Source of the DNA: Muribaculum sp.
Lineage (GTDB): Bacteria > Bacteroidota > Bacteroidia > Bacteroidales > Muribaculaceae
NCBI GenBank assembly: GCA_009775095.1
Contig: VSOZ01000012.1
Location: 19,801-83,800, forward strand
Reading direction: 5' to 3'
Length of the DNA stretch: 64,000 nt
A program made the translations under genes and the position numbers. Positions 1-7,689 of the stretch are shown one piece after another. Each line of letters begins with the position of its first letter. Position 1 is the stretch's first letter. The notes beneath the pieces were generated by a model. That model made no database searches and was not told the origin of the DNA. It saw only the letters and a list, made by a program, of their open reading frames with translations.

Positions 1-1228
1 TAAGTATGCGATAAAAGTAATTGTAACGTTGAGCATAGTGATCACCGACCTGTTCGTTTCCAAGCTCTACATATTTGAGGTTGAACGGATCGGGATGTCC
101 GGCAGCAGCACGTTTGGCTCCCCACGGATTGCTTACGGGAGCTGTAGCATAGTCAATGGCATCTATGATGTCCTGCAGGAACGGCTCGTAATCTTCGGTC
201 CAATCACCGTTGCGCACAGAACAAGACAAGCCTACATTTGCGACAAACATACCCGCCGCACCTATATCCTCGCAGAATTGCAGAAATTCATGGTAGCCGA
301 ATCCCCAAGTGCAATGATAGTTCCACAATATCCATTCGCTGTGACGCTTCATGGGGTCGCCAAGCGTTTCTTTCCATTTGGCACGATTCTCGAGGGTGGC
401 GCCTTCGGCTATACATCCGCCCGGCCATCGCACAAAACCCGGCTTAAGGTCGGCAATCATCTGTGCCACGTCGGGACGAAGACCGTTTTTACGACCTTTG
501 AATGTATTCTGCGGGAAAAGTGACACATAGTCTACATAAACCTTGCCCGGCTTGTCAAACACAAGACGGAGTGTAGCCTTATAATCGGTTGCTTCGGGAG
601 TAAGTTCAGCTGTAAACTCCTTCCAGTCCGACGATTTATTTACTTCAAATGTTTTCTGTGCCAGTTCCTTACCATCCTGCGACATAATCTTGGCCGTTAC
701 CTTTCCGGTATAGTCGACGGGATTAAGATAAAACCGCAGGTCATACTTATCCTTTCCGATTATACGCATGCCCCAATATCCGGCATTTTCAAGCACTACA
801 CCGGGAGCTTTCATCTCAAGTCGCAATGCATTGGGTGTAGCGGGATCAAGCCGGTTTTCAGAAGTCACATCGTAATCGGCATTACCTGTCACACTCCATC
901 CATCCATTTTAAGCGAATCGAGATCCCATTTTACGCGCCAGTCGCGGTATCCGCCGTGCTCATAATTAAGACTATGGGGGGCAACCGCATATCCGTCTAC
1001 ATAAGTCATGCCGGAAGGTAGAACATGCTCCTCAAAATTACGGTTCCTTACCAGCTCGGCATACAGGCCACCGTCACCGGCATGATTAATCTCCTCAAAA
1101 AACACTCCATAAAGGCTCTCAGGCACCATGTGGCCTTTGCTATTAAGGTCGACATTGAGTTGCTGAGCGCCAACTCCGGAACAAACTGACAAAGCCGCAG
1201 TCAGAATGATTGGTTTAAATTTACTCAT
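1..1228 (-). CDS. Alpha-L-arabinofuranosidase, GH51 family (N-terminal part; runs off window start)
   Basis: Absent from ORF track (no stop in window). Manual translation from ATG at 1228 gives signal peptide MSKFKPIILTAALSVCSGVGAQ then YGVFFEEINHAGDGGLYAELVRNRNFE, the GH51 N-terminal signature. Confidence 0.9.
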   Translation of the reverse strand, partial: MSKFKPIILTAALSVCSGVGAQQLNVDLNSKGHMVPESLYGVFFEEINHAGDGGLYAELVRNRNFEEHVLPSGMTYVDGYAVAPHSLNYEHGGYRDWRVKWDLDSLKMDGWSVTGNADYDVTSENRLDPATPNALRLEMKAPGVVLENAGYWGMRIIGKDKYDLRFYLNPVDYTGKVTAKIMSQDGKELAQKTFEVNKSSDWKEFTAELTPEATDYKATLRLVFDKPGKVYVDYVSLFPQNTFKGRKNGLRPDVAQMIADLKPGFVRWPGGCIAEGATLENRAKWKETLGDPMKRHSEWILWNYHCTWGFGYHEFLQFCEDIGAAGMFVANVGLSCSVRNGDWTEDYEPFLQDIIDAIDYATAPVSNPWGAKRAAAGHPDPFNLKYVELGNEQVGDHYAQRYNYFYRIL

Positions 1229-1365
1229 CTCTACTGGTATTTATTGTTTCAGGTTAAAAATGTATACGCTAAATTATATCCTTTTTTCAATTATTTTATA
1301 TGCTATTTGTGCAATTATAGCGGCTAAATGTATTATTTTTGCATCATTAATCTTTTCTCTATCAC

Positions 1366-2874
1366 ATGAAAGTGTCAACTTTTCATTTATTACTCCTGAT
1401 AGCGTTATTTTTCCCCCTTACTAAAGTATCGGGTAAAGAACCGCCACATGTAAAGCTGCTCGGAATATGGGCCTATGGTGAGAACGTCACTGACTCACTT
1501 AAGCTGAATCACAAACAAAACAATCTGCGTTTTTTCTGTGGAACGGAAGAGAATATTCCGTTTGACTCTTTATCTTACCGGTTCAAACTCAATGGCTTTG
1601 ACAAAGATTGGACAACCCCTTTCAGAGAAGGTTGGAATTTCTATACCGATCTTACTCCCGGAGAATACGAGTTTGTCGCACAAAGCCGATACATAGGTGA
1701 ACAATGGGGGCCCCCGATAAGCTATAGATTTACGATACTCACTCCATGGTGGCGCACATGGTGGGCCTATGGTCTTTATATAATCGCCGCATCGTTTACC
1801 GCTATATACATTATATATATATCACGGCTGAAAATAAGGCTGCATAACCAACTCACGATCGAACGTGAGAACCAGCGCTTCAGAACCGAACTCATCATGC
1901 ATGCCGGACGCGAGTTTCGCACACCACTGACCATAATACGTTCAACCATTGAGAAACTCAAAGGGACAAGCGACGAACATCTTACCCGTACCGACCTGCA
2001 ACATCTGCGCAACAGCAGCCGCATGCTCATGCAGATGGTCGAGCAACTTGTTGAATTTCGTGAAATAGGGCGAGGTCTCCCTTATTGCAATAAAGACGAC
2101 ATAATAGAAATGGCCGATATACCGATCAATAAAGACACCACTATTATTGTAGCCACATCCAACAGCCATCTTGCCGACGTAATAAGACGCGACCTGATGC
2201 AATTTATGAGAGCGATTGTCGTGACCGATGGAAAATCGGTTTTGACGTCAGTGGAGATCTATCATCCGGATGCGATAATACTGGATACTGACATCAGTAC
2301 CGAAACATATAACCTGCTTCATGAGCTTAAACGGAGAGCAGATTCATCAACAATACCCGTAATACTCATATCAGACTTCGACAACAAGCGCAGCCTATTG
2401 CGAGCCATCCGGTCTGAAGCTGATGACTATCTGCAAAAACCGTTTAACTGCGAAGTACTCACGGCGTTGGTCATGAAAAAGATAAAACTTAGGCGAGAAG
2501 CGGCATCCGGAGCCAAAGAGACACAGAAAACACGACCGACACCTTTTTTTGAAAAACGTACTGACAAATTATTCCTCGAAAAACTTGACAAAACCATAGA
2601 GGCAAATATCGCCAACCCAGATTTTGACATAAACTCTTTGGCAGACATGCTCAGTATCAGCCGAGGACAGCTATATAATAAGATCAAATCGCTGCGCGGT
2701 TTAACCCCGATAGAGTATCTGCGTGATATGCGCCTGACAAAAGCGGCCGCATTACTAAGGGAAAACCGTATATCGGTAAAAGAGACAAGAAGCAGTATAG
2801 GTATGCCGGACGCAACCAACTTCAATCGCCGTTTCAAAGAAAAATACGGAGTTTGTCCCACCGAATATCGATGA
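1366..2874 (+). CDS. Truncated hybrid two-component-like regulator (Y_Y_Y domain, TM helix, degenerate HisKA, receiver, AraC HTH)
   Basis: YRFKLNGFDKDW...YTDLTPGEYEF (Y_Y_Y), PWWRTWWAY+TM, REFRTPLTII (HisKA-like), PDAIILD...ADDYLQKPF (REC), C-terminal AraC ending FKEKYGVCPTEYR. Confidence 0.85.
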   Translation: MKVSTFHLLLLIALFFPLTKVSGKEPPHVKLLGIWAYGENVTDSLKLNHKQNNLRFFCGTEENIPFDSLSYRFKLNGFDKDWTTPFREGWNFYTDLTPGEYEFVAQSRYIGEQWGPPISYRFTILTPWWRTWWAYGLYIIAASFTAIYIIYISRLKIRLHNQLTIERENQRFRTELIMHAGREFRTPLTIIRSTIEKLKGTSDEHLTRTDLQHLRNSSRMLMQMVEQLVEFREIGRGLPYCNKDDIIEMADIPINKDTTIIVATSNSHLADVIRRDLMQFMRAIVVTDGKSVLTSVEIYHPDAIILDTDISTETYNLLHELKRRADSSTIPVILISDFDNKRSLLRAIRSEADDYLQKPFNCEVLTALVMKKIKLRREAASGAKETQKTRPTPFFEKRTDKLFLEKLDKTIEANIANPDFDINSLADMLSISRGQLYNKIKSLRGLTPIEYLRDMRLTKAAALLRENRISVKETRSSIGMPDATNFNRRFKEKYGVCPTEYR

Positions 2875-3002
2875 AAAGACACTCCTCATGTCCACCAATT
2901 TTTTGGTTTGTAAATAAGAACGGTCAAAATCTTTCCAAGAAACTCTTGCAATAAACGCACCAATACATTACATTTGTAATTGTAGACCAATCAATAATTA
3001 AA

Positions 3003-3788
3003 ATGCGACATAACCTTATCACACCGGCCATAATCAAATTTACTTTGATAGCAAGCATATTGGTATGTTCTCCCACAGTACAGGCACAAACGACTGATAT
3101 CACTACCGTTGGCCAACCTGTCGACAGTGTCGTAATGACACCGTTTAAAAAGCCGTTCTTTTTAGATATAACCATAGGTCCGTCAATAAAAACAGGAAGC
3201 GACGAGCATATAGAGTGGTTTGGTAAAAGGCAGCCAGTGTCCTACGAATGGACATGCCGCATAGGTAAATTTTTTACCCGTCATTGGGGAGGTTATTTTG
3301 ACTCAGACTTACACTTTTCACATTTCCGACGTCCGTGGTTTGATAATTATCCCGCATTGGATTTCTCTCCGGGAACCCAATGCGGATTGGGCTACATATT
3401 AAAAATAACTTTAGGCATCGGCATAACATACCGTTTCGAGCACAATCGCTGGCAATATTTCATGCGAGGAGGCGTGGGCATTCAAGGTTATGGCAGTGAA
3501 ACTTGGGACGGCTACCTAAAACAAGATGATCAAAATGGCGAAAACCGATATGAGTCACAACTCAAGATTGACCGCAAGATTGGAGCCAAATATGCCAATA
3601 CAGGCATAACATTAGGATACCGTGTGACAAAATCTGTCAGCTGGATATTTGACATAAATTACCGTTACCCGCTGTCATGCAGTAAAGTGACACTAACCAA
3701 TCAGGAAGGAGAAATTACGCACCTAAAATCAAAAGCGTGGGCCAATGACATAACACTGTCTGTTGGCATCCGCATACAAGCCGATTAG
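3003..3788 (+). CDS. Putative outer-membrane beta-barrel protein
   Basis: Signal peptide, alternating aromatic/hydrophobic beta-strands, C-terminal ITLSVGIRI strand. Confidence 0.6.
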   Translation: MRHNLITPAIIKFTLIASILVCSPTVQAQTTDITTVGQPVDSVVMTPFKKPFFLDITIGPSIKTGSDEHIEWFGKRQPVSYEWTCRIGKFFTRHWGGYFDSDLHFSHFRRPWFDNYPALDFSPGTQCGLGYILKITLGIGITYRFEHNRWQYFMRGGVGIQGYGSETWDGYLKQDDQNGENRYESQLKIDRKIGAKYANTGITLGYRVTKSVSWIFDINYRYPLSCSKVTLTNQEGEITHLKSKAWANDITLSVGIRIQAD

Positions 3789-3905
3789 ACGATAAACCGG
3801 GGCCAAAGCCCCGATATTGGGACTAAGCGAACCTTCCGCTTTAGCTTTGTTCAAAAAAATATTTTGAATTTTATACCAAATAGCCGTTATATGGAATATT
3901 TTTTG

Positions 3906-3913
3906 TAACTTTG
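3906..3913 (+). promoter_or_regulatory. Bacteroidetes -7 promoter element upstream of rplU
   Basis: TAACTTTG matches TAnnTTTG, about 85 nt before the rplU start. Confidence 0.6.
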
Positions 3914-3999
3914 TGGGCAATTTTTCCGCACAGGCTTTGAAGAAGTAGCGGTCCGAGTCGCTCGCCTGACGGAGTTAACAAGTAACATTATTATATAAA

Positions 4000-4320
4000 A
4001 TGTACGCTATTGTAGAAATCCAAGGACAGCAGTTCAAGGCAGAAGCCGGCAAGTTCTTGTATGTTCACTTTCTCGGCGAGGACAAAAAAGCGGGCGACGC
4101 AGTAGAATTTGACCGCGTGCTCCTCCTTGATGCCGACGGTAACGTTAAAGTTGGCGCTCCTACCGTTGAAGGAGCAAAAGTAGTATGCGAAGTGGCCGAG
4201 CCGCTCGTAAAAGGTGACAAAGTTATCGTCTTCAAGAAGAAAAGACGTAAAGGCTATCGCCGTAAAAACGGCCATCGCCAGTGCTTCACCAAGATAGTGA
4301 TTAAAGATTTGGTAGCTTAA
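4000..4320 (+). CDS. rplU: 50S ribosomal protein L21
   Basis: [15 protein letters not shown]...[17 protein letters not shown]; adjacent to rpmA. Confidence 0.98.
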   Translation: MYAIVEIQGQQFKAEAGKFLYVHFLGEDKKAGDAVEFDRVLLLDADGNVKVGAPTVEGAKVVCEVAEPLVKGDKVIVFKKKRRKGYRRKNGHRQCFTKIVIKDLVA

Positions 4321-4341
4321 CCCCATTAAAATCTTAAAGAA

Positions 4342-4605
4342 ATGGCACATAAGAAAGGTGTAGGTAGTTCGAAGAACGGACGTGAGTCGGAAAGCAAACG
4401 ACTCGGAGTTAAGATTTTTGGTGGCCAGCACGCTAAGGCAGGCAACATCATCAAGCGCCAGCGCGGTACAGTGCACCATCCGGGTGAAAACGTAGGCATG
4501 GGCAAGGATCATACCATCTACGCTCTTGTTGACGGTGTAGTGCTCTTTACCGAGGGTAAAGGCGGTCGCCAATACATCAACGTCACTCCCGACGCAAAGG
4601 CTTAA
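4342..4605 (+). CDS. rpmA: 50S ribosomal protein L27
   Basis: [24 protein letters not shown]. Confidence 0.98.
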   Translation: MAHKKGVGSSKNGRESESKRLGVKIFGGQHAKAGNIIKRQRGTVHHPGENVGMGKDHTIYALVDGVVLFTEGKGGRQYINVTPDAKA

Positions 4606-4628
4606 AGCCCACGCGCTCAACAAAGACA

Positions 4629-4664
4629 AAAAAAGCTGTGTCCCTAACCGGATGCAGCTTTTTT
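4629..4664 (+). terminator. Rho-independent terminator after rpmA
   Basis: AAAAAAGCTGTGTCC-loop-GGATGCAGCTTTTTT. Confidence 0.8.
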
Positions 4665-4745
4665 ATGTTTAAACACAACGTATGTGGGGGGACACCTTAC
4701 CGACATGTCTCGCGCCTCCGACGCATCCACATCGGGCCCGAATTA

Positions 4746-4905
4746 GTAGGGACGCCAGTATCACGGCGTCCAACCACGCCCCGGATGGCCATACAGGTTA
4801 TGGCCACTATGACCGCATGTTCAAATACCGGATGGGAAGTCCACGGCAATCACATACCCGGATGACCATGCGGGCATGCGGACGCCGTGGTACTGGCGTC
4901 CCTAC
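4746..4905. repeat. Inverted doublet of GTAG-type REP elements (REPIN-like), copy 1
   Basis: GTAGGGACGCCAGTATCACGGCGTCC at 4746-4771 and inverted partner GGACGCCGTGGTACTGGCGTCCCTAC at 4880-4905. Confidence 0.8.
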
Positions 4906-5243
4906 CAAAATTGGCGTCGTTTAACAACCTCGTTTTTACATTGACCCATTCACCCTGTGCCCCCATCCATTCTCCCTGCGAGCCTGCAAAGGCTCATGCT
5001 GTTTGTTAGCCGGGCACGGAGTGTCCGGTTCCCAAGCCAATACAAAGCTTCGAGTCTGACAAGACTCGCGCTTATTCCAGACCGGCTGTCTGATTATAAC
5101 AAGAACCTTTACAGGTTCTTCGATCCGGAGCACAACTATGACCGGAGACTGCGTCGGCCTTCGGCCCCATTGTCTCCGGCTTACGCCAAGCAAAAGCCCT
5201 CGCGGGCTCGAAGACCGATCCCCTGCCGGTATGTTTCGCAGGC
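4880..5243. repeat. ~360 bp near-identical direct repeat, copy 1
   Basis: Recurs at 5575-5938 (offset 695) with a few differences near the left end only. Confidence 0.9.
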
Positions 5244-5308
5244 GCGTCGGCGTATACTTTGCGGGGATATCTCGCGAACCTCGTAGACAGATACTTTGCG
5301 GGTGTGTC

Positions 5309-5409
5309 TCGCGTCCCCGACGCGATGTCATTGACTGACGGTCAACCTACCCCACGAACCGCGCTATGCGCTTATCGTGGGGCCACACACATTATGCATC
5401 TCCGATGCA
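5309..5409. repeat. Second REP-like family unit (hairpin, CCCCACGA...TCGTGGGG stem, hairpin); uninterrupted copy
   Basis: TCGCGTCCCCGACGCGA, CCCCACGAACCGCG...TCGTGGGG, ATGCATCTCCGATGCA; homologous to 5966-6060 and, inverted, to 7441-7565. Confidence 0.75.
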
Positions 5410-5493
5410 TCCGACCGCCCAAGCCACGAGTCCGATACACATCCAGACACCGTTTACACACAATACATCACATCAATTTAAATACACTGACCG

Positions 5494-5600
5494 GTAGGGG
5501 CGCCAGTACCACGGCGCCTGCATAGCCGGAGGGCCATACCGACGGGGCGAGATGAAGCCATACGGGTCGTAGCCGGACGCCGTGGTACTGGCGTCCCTAC
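5494..5600. repeat. Inverted doublet of GTAG-type REP elements, copy 2
   Basis: GTAGGGGCGCCAGTACCACGGCGCCT at 5494-5519 and inverted partner at 5575-5600. Confidence 0.8.
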
Positions 5601-5946
5601 CAACATTGGTGGCGTTTAACAACCTCATTTTTACATTGACCCATTCACCCTGTGCCCCCATCCATTCTCCCTGCGAGCCTGCAAAGGCTCATGCTGTTTG
5701 TTAGCCGGGCACGGAGTGTCCGGTTCCCAAGCCAATACAAAGCTTCGAGTCTGACAAGACTCGCGCTTATTCCAGACCGGCTGTCTGATTATAACAAGAA
5801 CCTTTACAGGTTCTTCGATCCGGAGCACAACTATGACCGGAGACTGCGTCGGCCTTCGGCCCCATTGTCTCCGGCTTACGCCAAGCAAAAGCCCTCGCGG
5901 GCTCGAAGACCGATCCCCTGCCGGTATGTTTCGCAGGCTCGCAGGG
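5575..5946. repeat. Direct repeat copy 2, containing an element bounded by 14 bp inverted repeats
   Basis: Matches 4880-5243; CCCTGCGAGCCTGC (5669-5682) / GCAGGCTCGCAGGG (5933-5946). Confidence 0.85.
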
Positions 5947-5965
5947 GATAGCCTGTGGTGATGTT

Positions 5966-6060
5966 TCGCGTCCACGACGCGATGTCATTGACAGGCGGTC
6001 AACCTACCCACGAACCGCGCTAACGCGCTTATCGTGGGGTTACACACATCATGCGTCTCC
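5966..6060. repeat. Second REP-like family unit, interrupted at its last hairpin by IS110
   Basis: Colinear with 5309-5403, stops at ATGCGTCTCC (6060); the missing arm GACGCA is at 7364-7369. Confidence 0.85.
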
Positions 6061-6063
6061 TAT

Positions 6064-6097
6064 TATATTTGCAAGCTCAAAGAAAAGGTTAACTTTG
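6064..6097 (+). promoter_or_regulatory. Promoter elements at IS left end
   Basis: TATATTTG (6064-6071) and TAACTTTG (6090-6097) both match TAnnTTTG. The first gains a -33 TTTG (7343-7346) at 20 nt spacing only in the circular form. Confidence 0.7.
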
Positions 6098-6140
6098 CAG
6101 CGCTAATTATTAAAATATTTAACAACTAAAAAAATAAAGA

Positions 6141-6296
6141 ACCTCCTAATGTCGCGTTAGCCTAATGCGTCTCAAAGTCATAAAGACAAAGCGTCGTTAC
6201 AGGCACGACATTATTATCAGGACTAAAGCCAGAGAGTAAATAAAGACATTGGCCTTTTGAATTTATTATTATAGTATCGGTCGTCCTGACGCGGAG
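6141..6296 (+). ncRNA. Putative bridge RNA (target-binding loop + donor-binding loop); transcript ends uncertain
   Basis: Stems TAATGTCG/CGACATTA (6147-6154/6206-6213) and TCAGGAC/GTCCTGA (6217-6223/6283-6289) enclose loops with ATGCGTCTC, GCGTCG, AGAGTAAA and TATTATAG, which match the four junction arms. Confidence 0.88.
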
Positions 6297-6321
6297 ATTA
6301 TCTTATAAAAATAATATTATC

Positions 6322-7320
6322 ATGCGAATTTACGGAATTGATTTGGCTTCTGAAAAATTTGATGTGAGTTATTTGGACTCCGAAGGAAAAATCAGAAGTA
6401 TCGTGGTGCGGAATACCAGACCTCAGATTGAAAAGTTTCTTGACAAGTTGCCGCAGGACAGCCGTCTGGTTGCCGAACACACCGGTGTTTACGGAGACCT
6501 GCTGCTGAAACTGGCAGACATAAGGGATATTCCTGTCAGCTATGTCCCGGGGTACGAGATCAAACACAGCATGGGGCTGACAAGAGGTAAAAGCGATCCA
6601 GCTGACGCTGCACGTATACGCCAGTACGGTGAGCGACATGCCGACAAGCTCGAAGATACCCATTTCCCCTCTGATACCATATATGAACTCAAGGAGCTTT
6701 ATGCCACAAGGCGCCTGCTTGTCGGGCAACGCAAACAGCTCCAAATAATGCTTAAAGGCGATGCGCATCGTCCTGAAAAAAACGTTACGGCACAGAATAT
6801 TAAGTTGAAGATGGTAGAAGAATTAAACATTCAGATTGCTTTCATTGAGGATAAGATGGTGGAGCTGATTGGCAATGACGATGACCTGTCGAAAAACTCG
6901 GCTATCGCACAAAGTCTACCCGGTATAGGGCCTGTCACCGCAACCTTACTGATAATCAAAACGGAGAATTTCAAACGTGTCAGCACCGCTAAAAAATGTG
7001 CCACGCTTGACGGAATCTCGCCGTTTCCAAATTCCACCGGAAAGTCCGACAAAGGCGCACATGTATCTCACTTGGGAGATAAACAGCTAAAGTCTCTGTT
7101 GTTCATGTGCGCGCGTTCAGCTGTGGTACATTTTGAGAAGATGCGTGTCTATAAAATGAAAAAATACGACGTGGAACACAAGCACATCTTCGTTGTATTG
7201 AATAACGTTGCAAATCGACTGCTTAAGATCCTTTATACCCTTATAAAGAAAGGCGAAATGTACGATCCCATGTATATTCCTCAGGACCCGAGATTAAAAA
7301 TGCGAATTAATAGTTGTTAA
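6322..7320 (+). CDS. IS110-family recombinase/transposase (DEDD RuvC-like + Transposase_20)
   Basis: YGIDLA (D), VAEHTGVY (E), GKSDPADA (D,D), SLPGIGPVTA, GISPFPNSTG with the expected catalytic Ser region; uninterrupted 332 aa. Confidence 0.95.
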   Translation: MRIYGIDLASEKFDVSYLDSEGKIRSIVVRNTRPQIEKFLDKLPQDSRLVAEHTGVYGDLLLKLADIRDIPVSYVPGYEIKHSMGLTRGKSDPADAARIRQYGERHADKLEDTHFPSDTIYELKELYATRRLLVGQRKQLQIMLKGDAHRPEKNVTAQNIKLKMVEELNIQIAFIEDKMVELIGNDDDLSKNSAIAQSLPGIGPVTATLLIIKTENFKRVSTAKKCATLDGISPFPNSTGKSDKGAHVSHLGDKQLKSLLFMCARSAVVHFEKMRVYKMKKYDVEHKHIFVVLNNVANRLLKILYTLIKKGEMYDPMYIPQDPRLKMRINSC

Positions 7321-7440
7321 CACAATATTGCTCCGAATTTTCTTTGCATAAGTCAGAGTAAACGACGCACCATCCCCCATCTTGCCGCATATAGGGGACG
7401 TTTCCGCTCAATCTTGCCACGTGTCGAAGTCCCTCATATC

Positions 7441-7565
7441 GTGTGTCGAAGACACTACATGTGCGTAACCCCACGATGAGCCGGCGGAGGACACAAGGTG
7501 GCCGCAGACGGCGGTTCGTGGGGTTACGACCTGCCTCCCACCCTCGCGTATCGGAGATACGAGAC
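7441..7565. repeat. Second REP-like family unit, inverted copy
   Basis: CGTAACCCCACGA (7464-7476) / TCGTGGGGTTACG (7516-7528); reverse complement aligns with 5961-6060. Confidence 0.75.
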
Positions 7566-7689
7566 ATACACGCCCGATTGTCCGAATAGCCTTGCGAACG
7601 AACTGACAAGGCCGTTCGTAACACAACTTTGCATAAGCAAAACGCCAACCGGTCAAATTAATTTGTCGTCTATCAGACTTCTGATATTT

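Larger units (their letters stand above)
6061..7362 (+). mobile_element. IS110-family insertion sequence (no terminal IRs or conventional target duplication; one shared C at 6060/7363)
   Basis: Removing it restores the hairpin TGCGTC-TCC-GACGCA. It holds a DEDD recombinase, a 260 nt AT-rich upstream non-coding end and 9 bp sub-terminal IRs CAAAGAAAA (6078-6086) / TTTTCTTTG (7338-7346). Confidence 0.92.

Noticed and set aside
29..523. 164 aa plus-strand ORF and other small ORFs before 1424
   Set aside because: Antisense shadows of the minus-strand GH51 gene, or AT-rich intergenic read-through.
4638..5988. ORFs of 62-131 aa, including the duplicated MPPSILPASLQR frame
   Set aside because: They lie wholly within palindromic repeats, have Arg/Pro-rich low-information composition and no recognisable domain.
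4700..6060. Possible CRISPR array
   Set aside because: Repeats alternate in orientation, spacing is irregular and long, and no cas genes are present.
6298..6768. 156 aa antisense ORF in the IS110
   Set aside because: Shadow of the recombinase; no motif.
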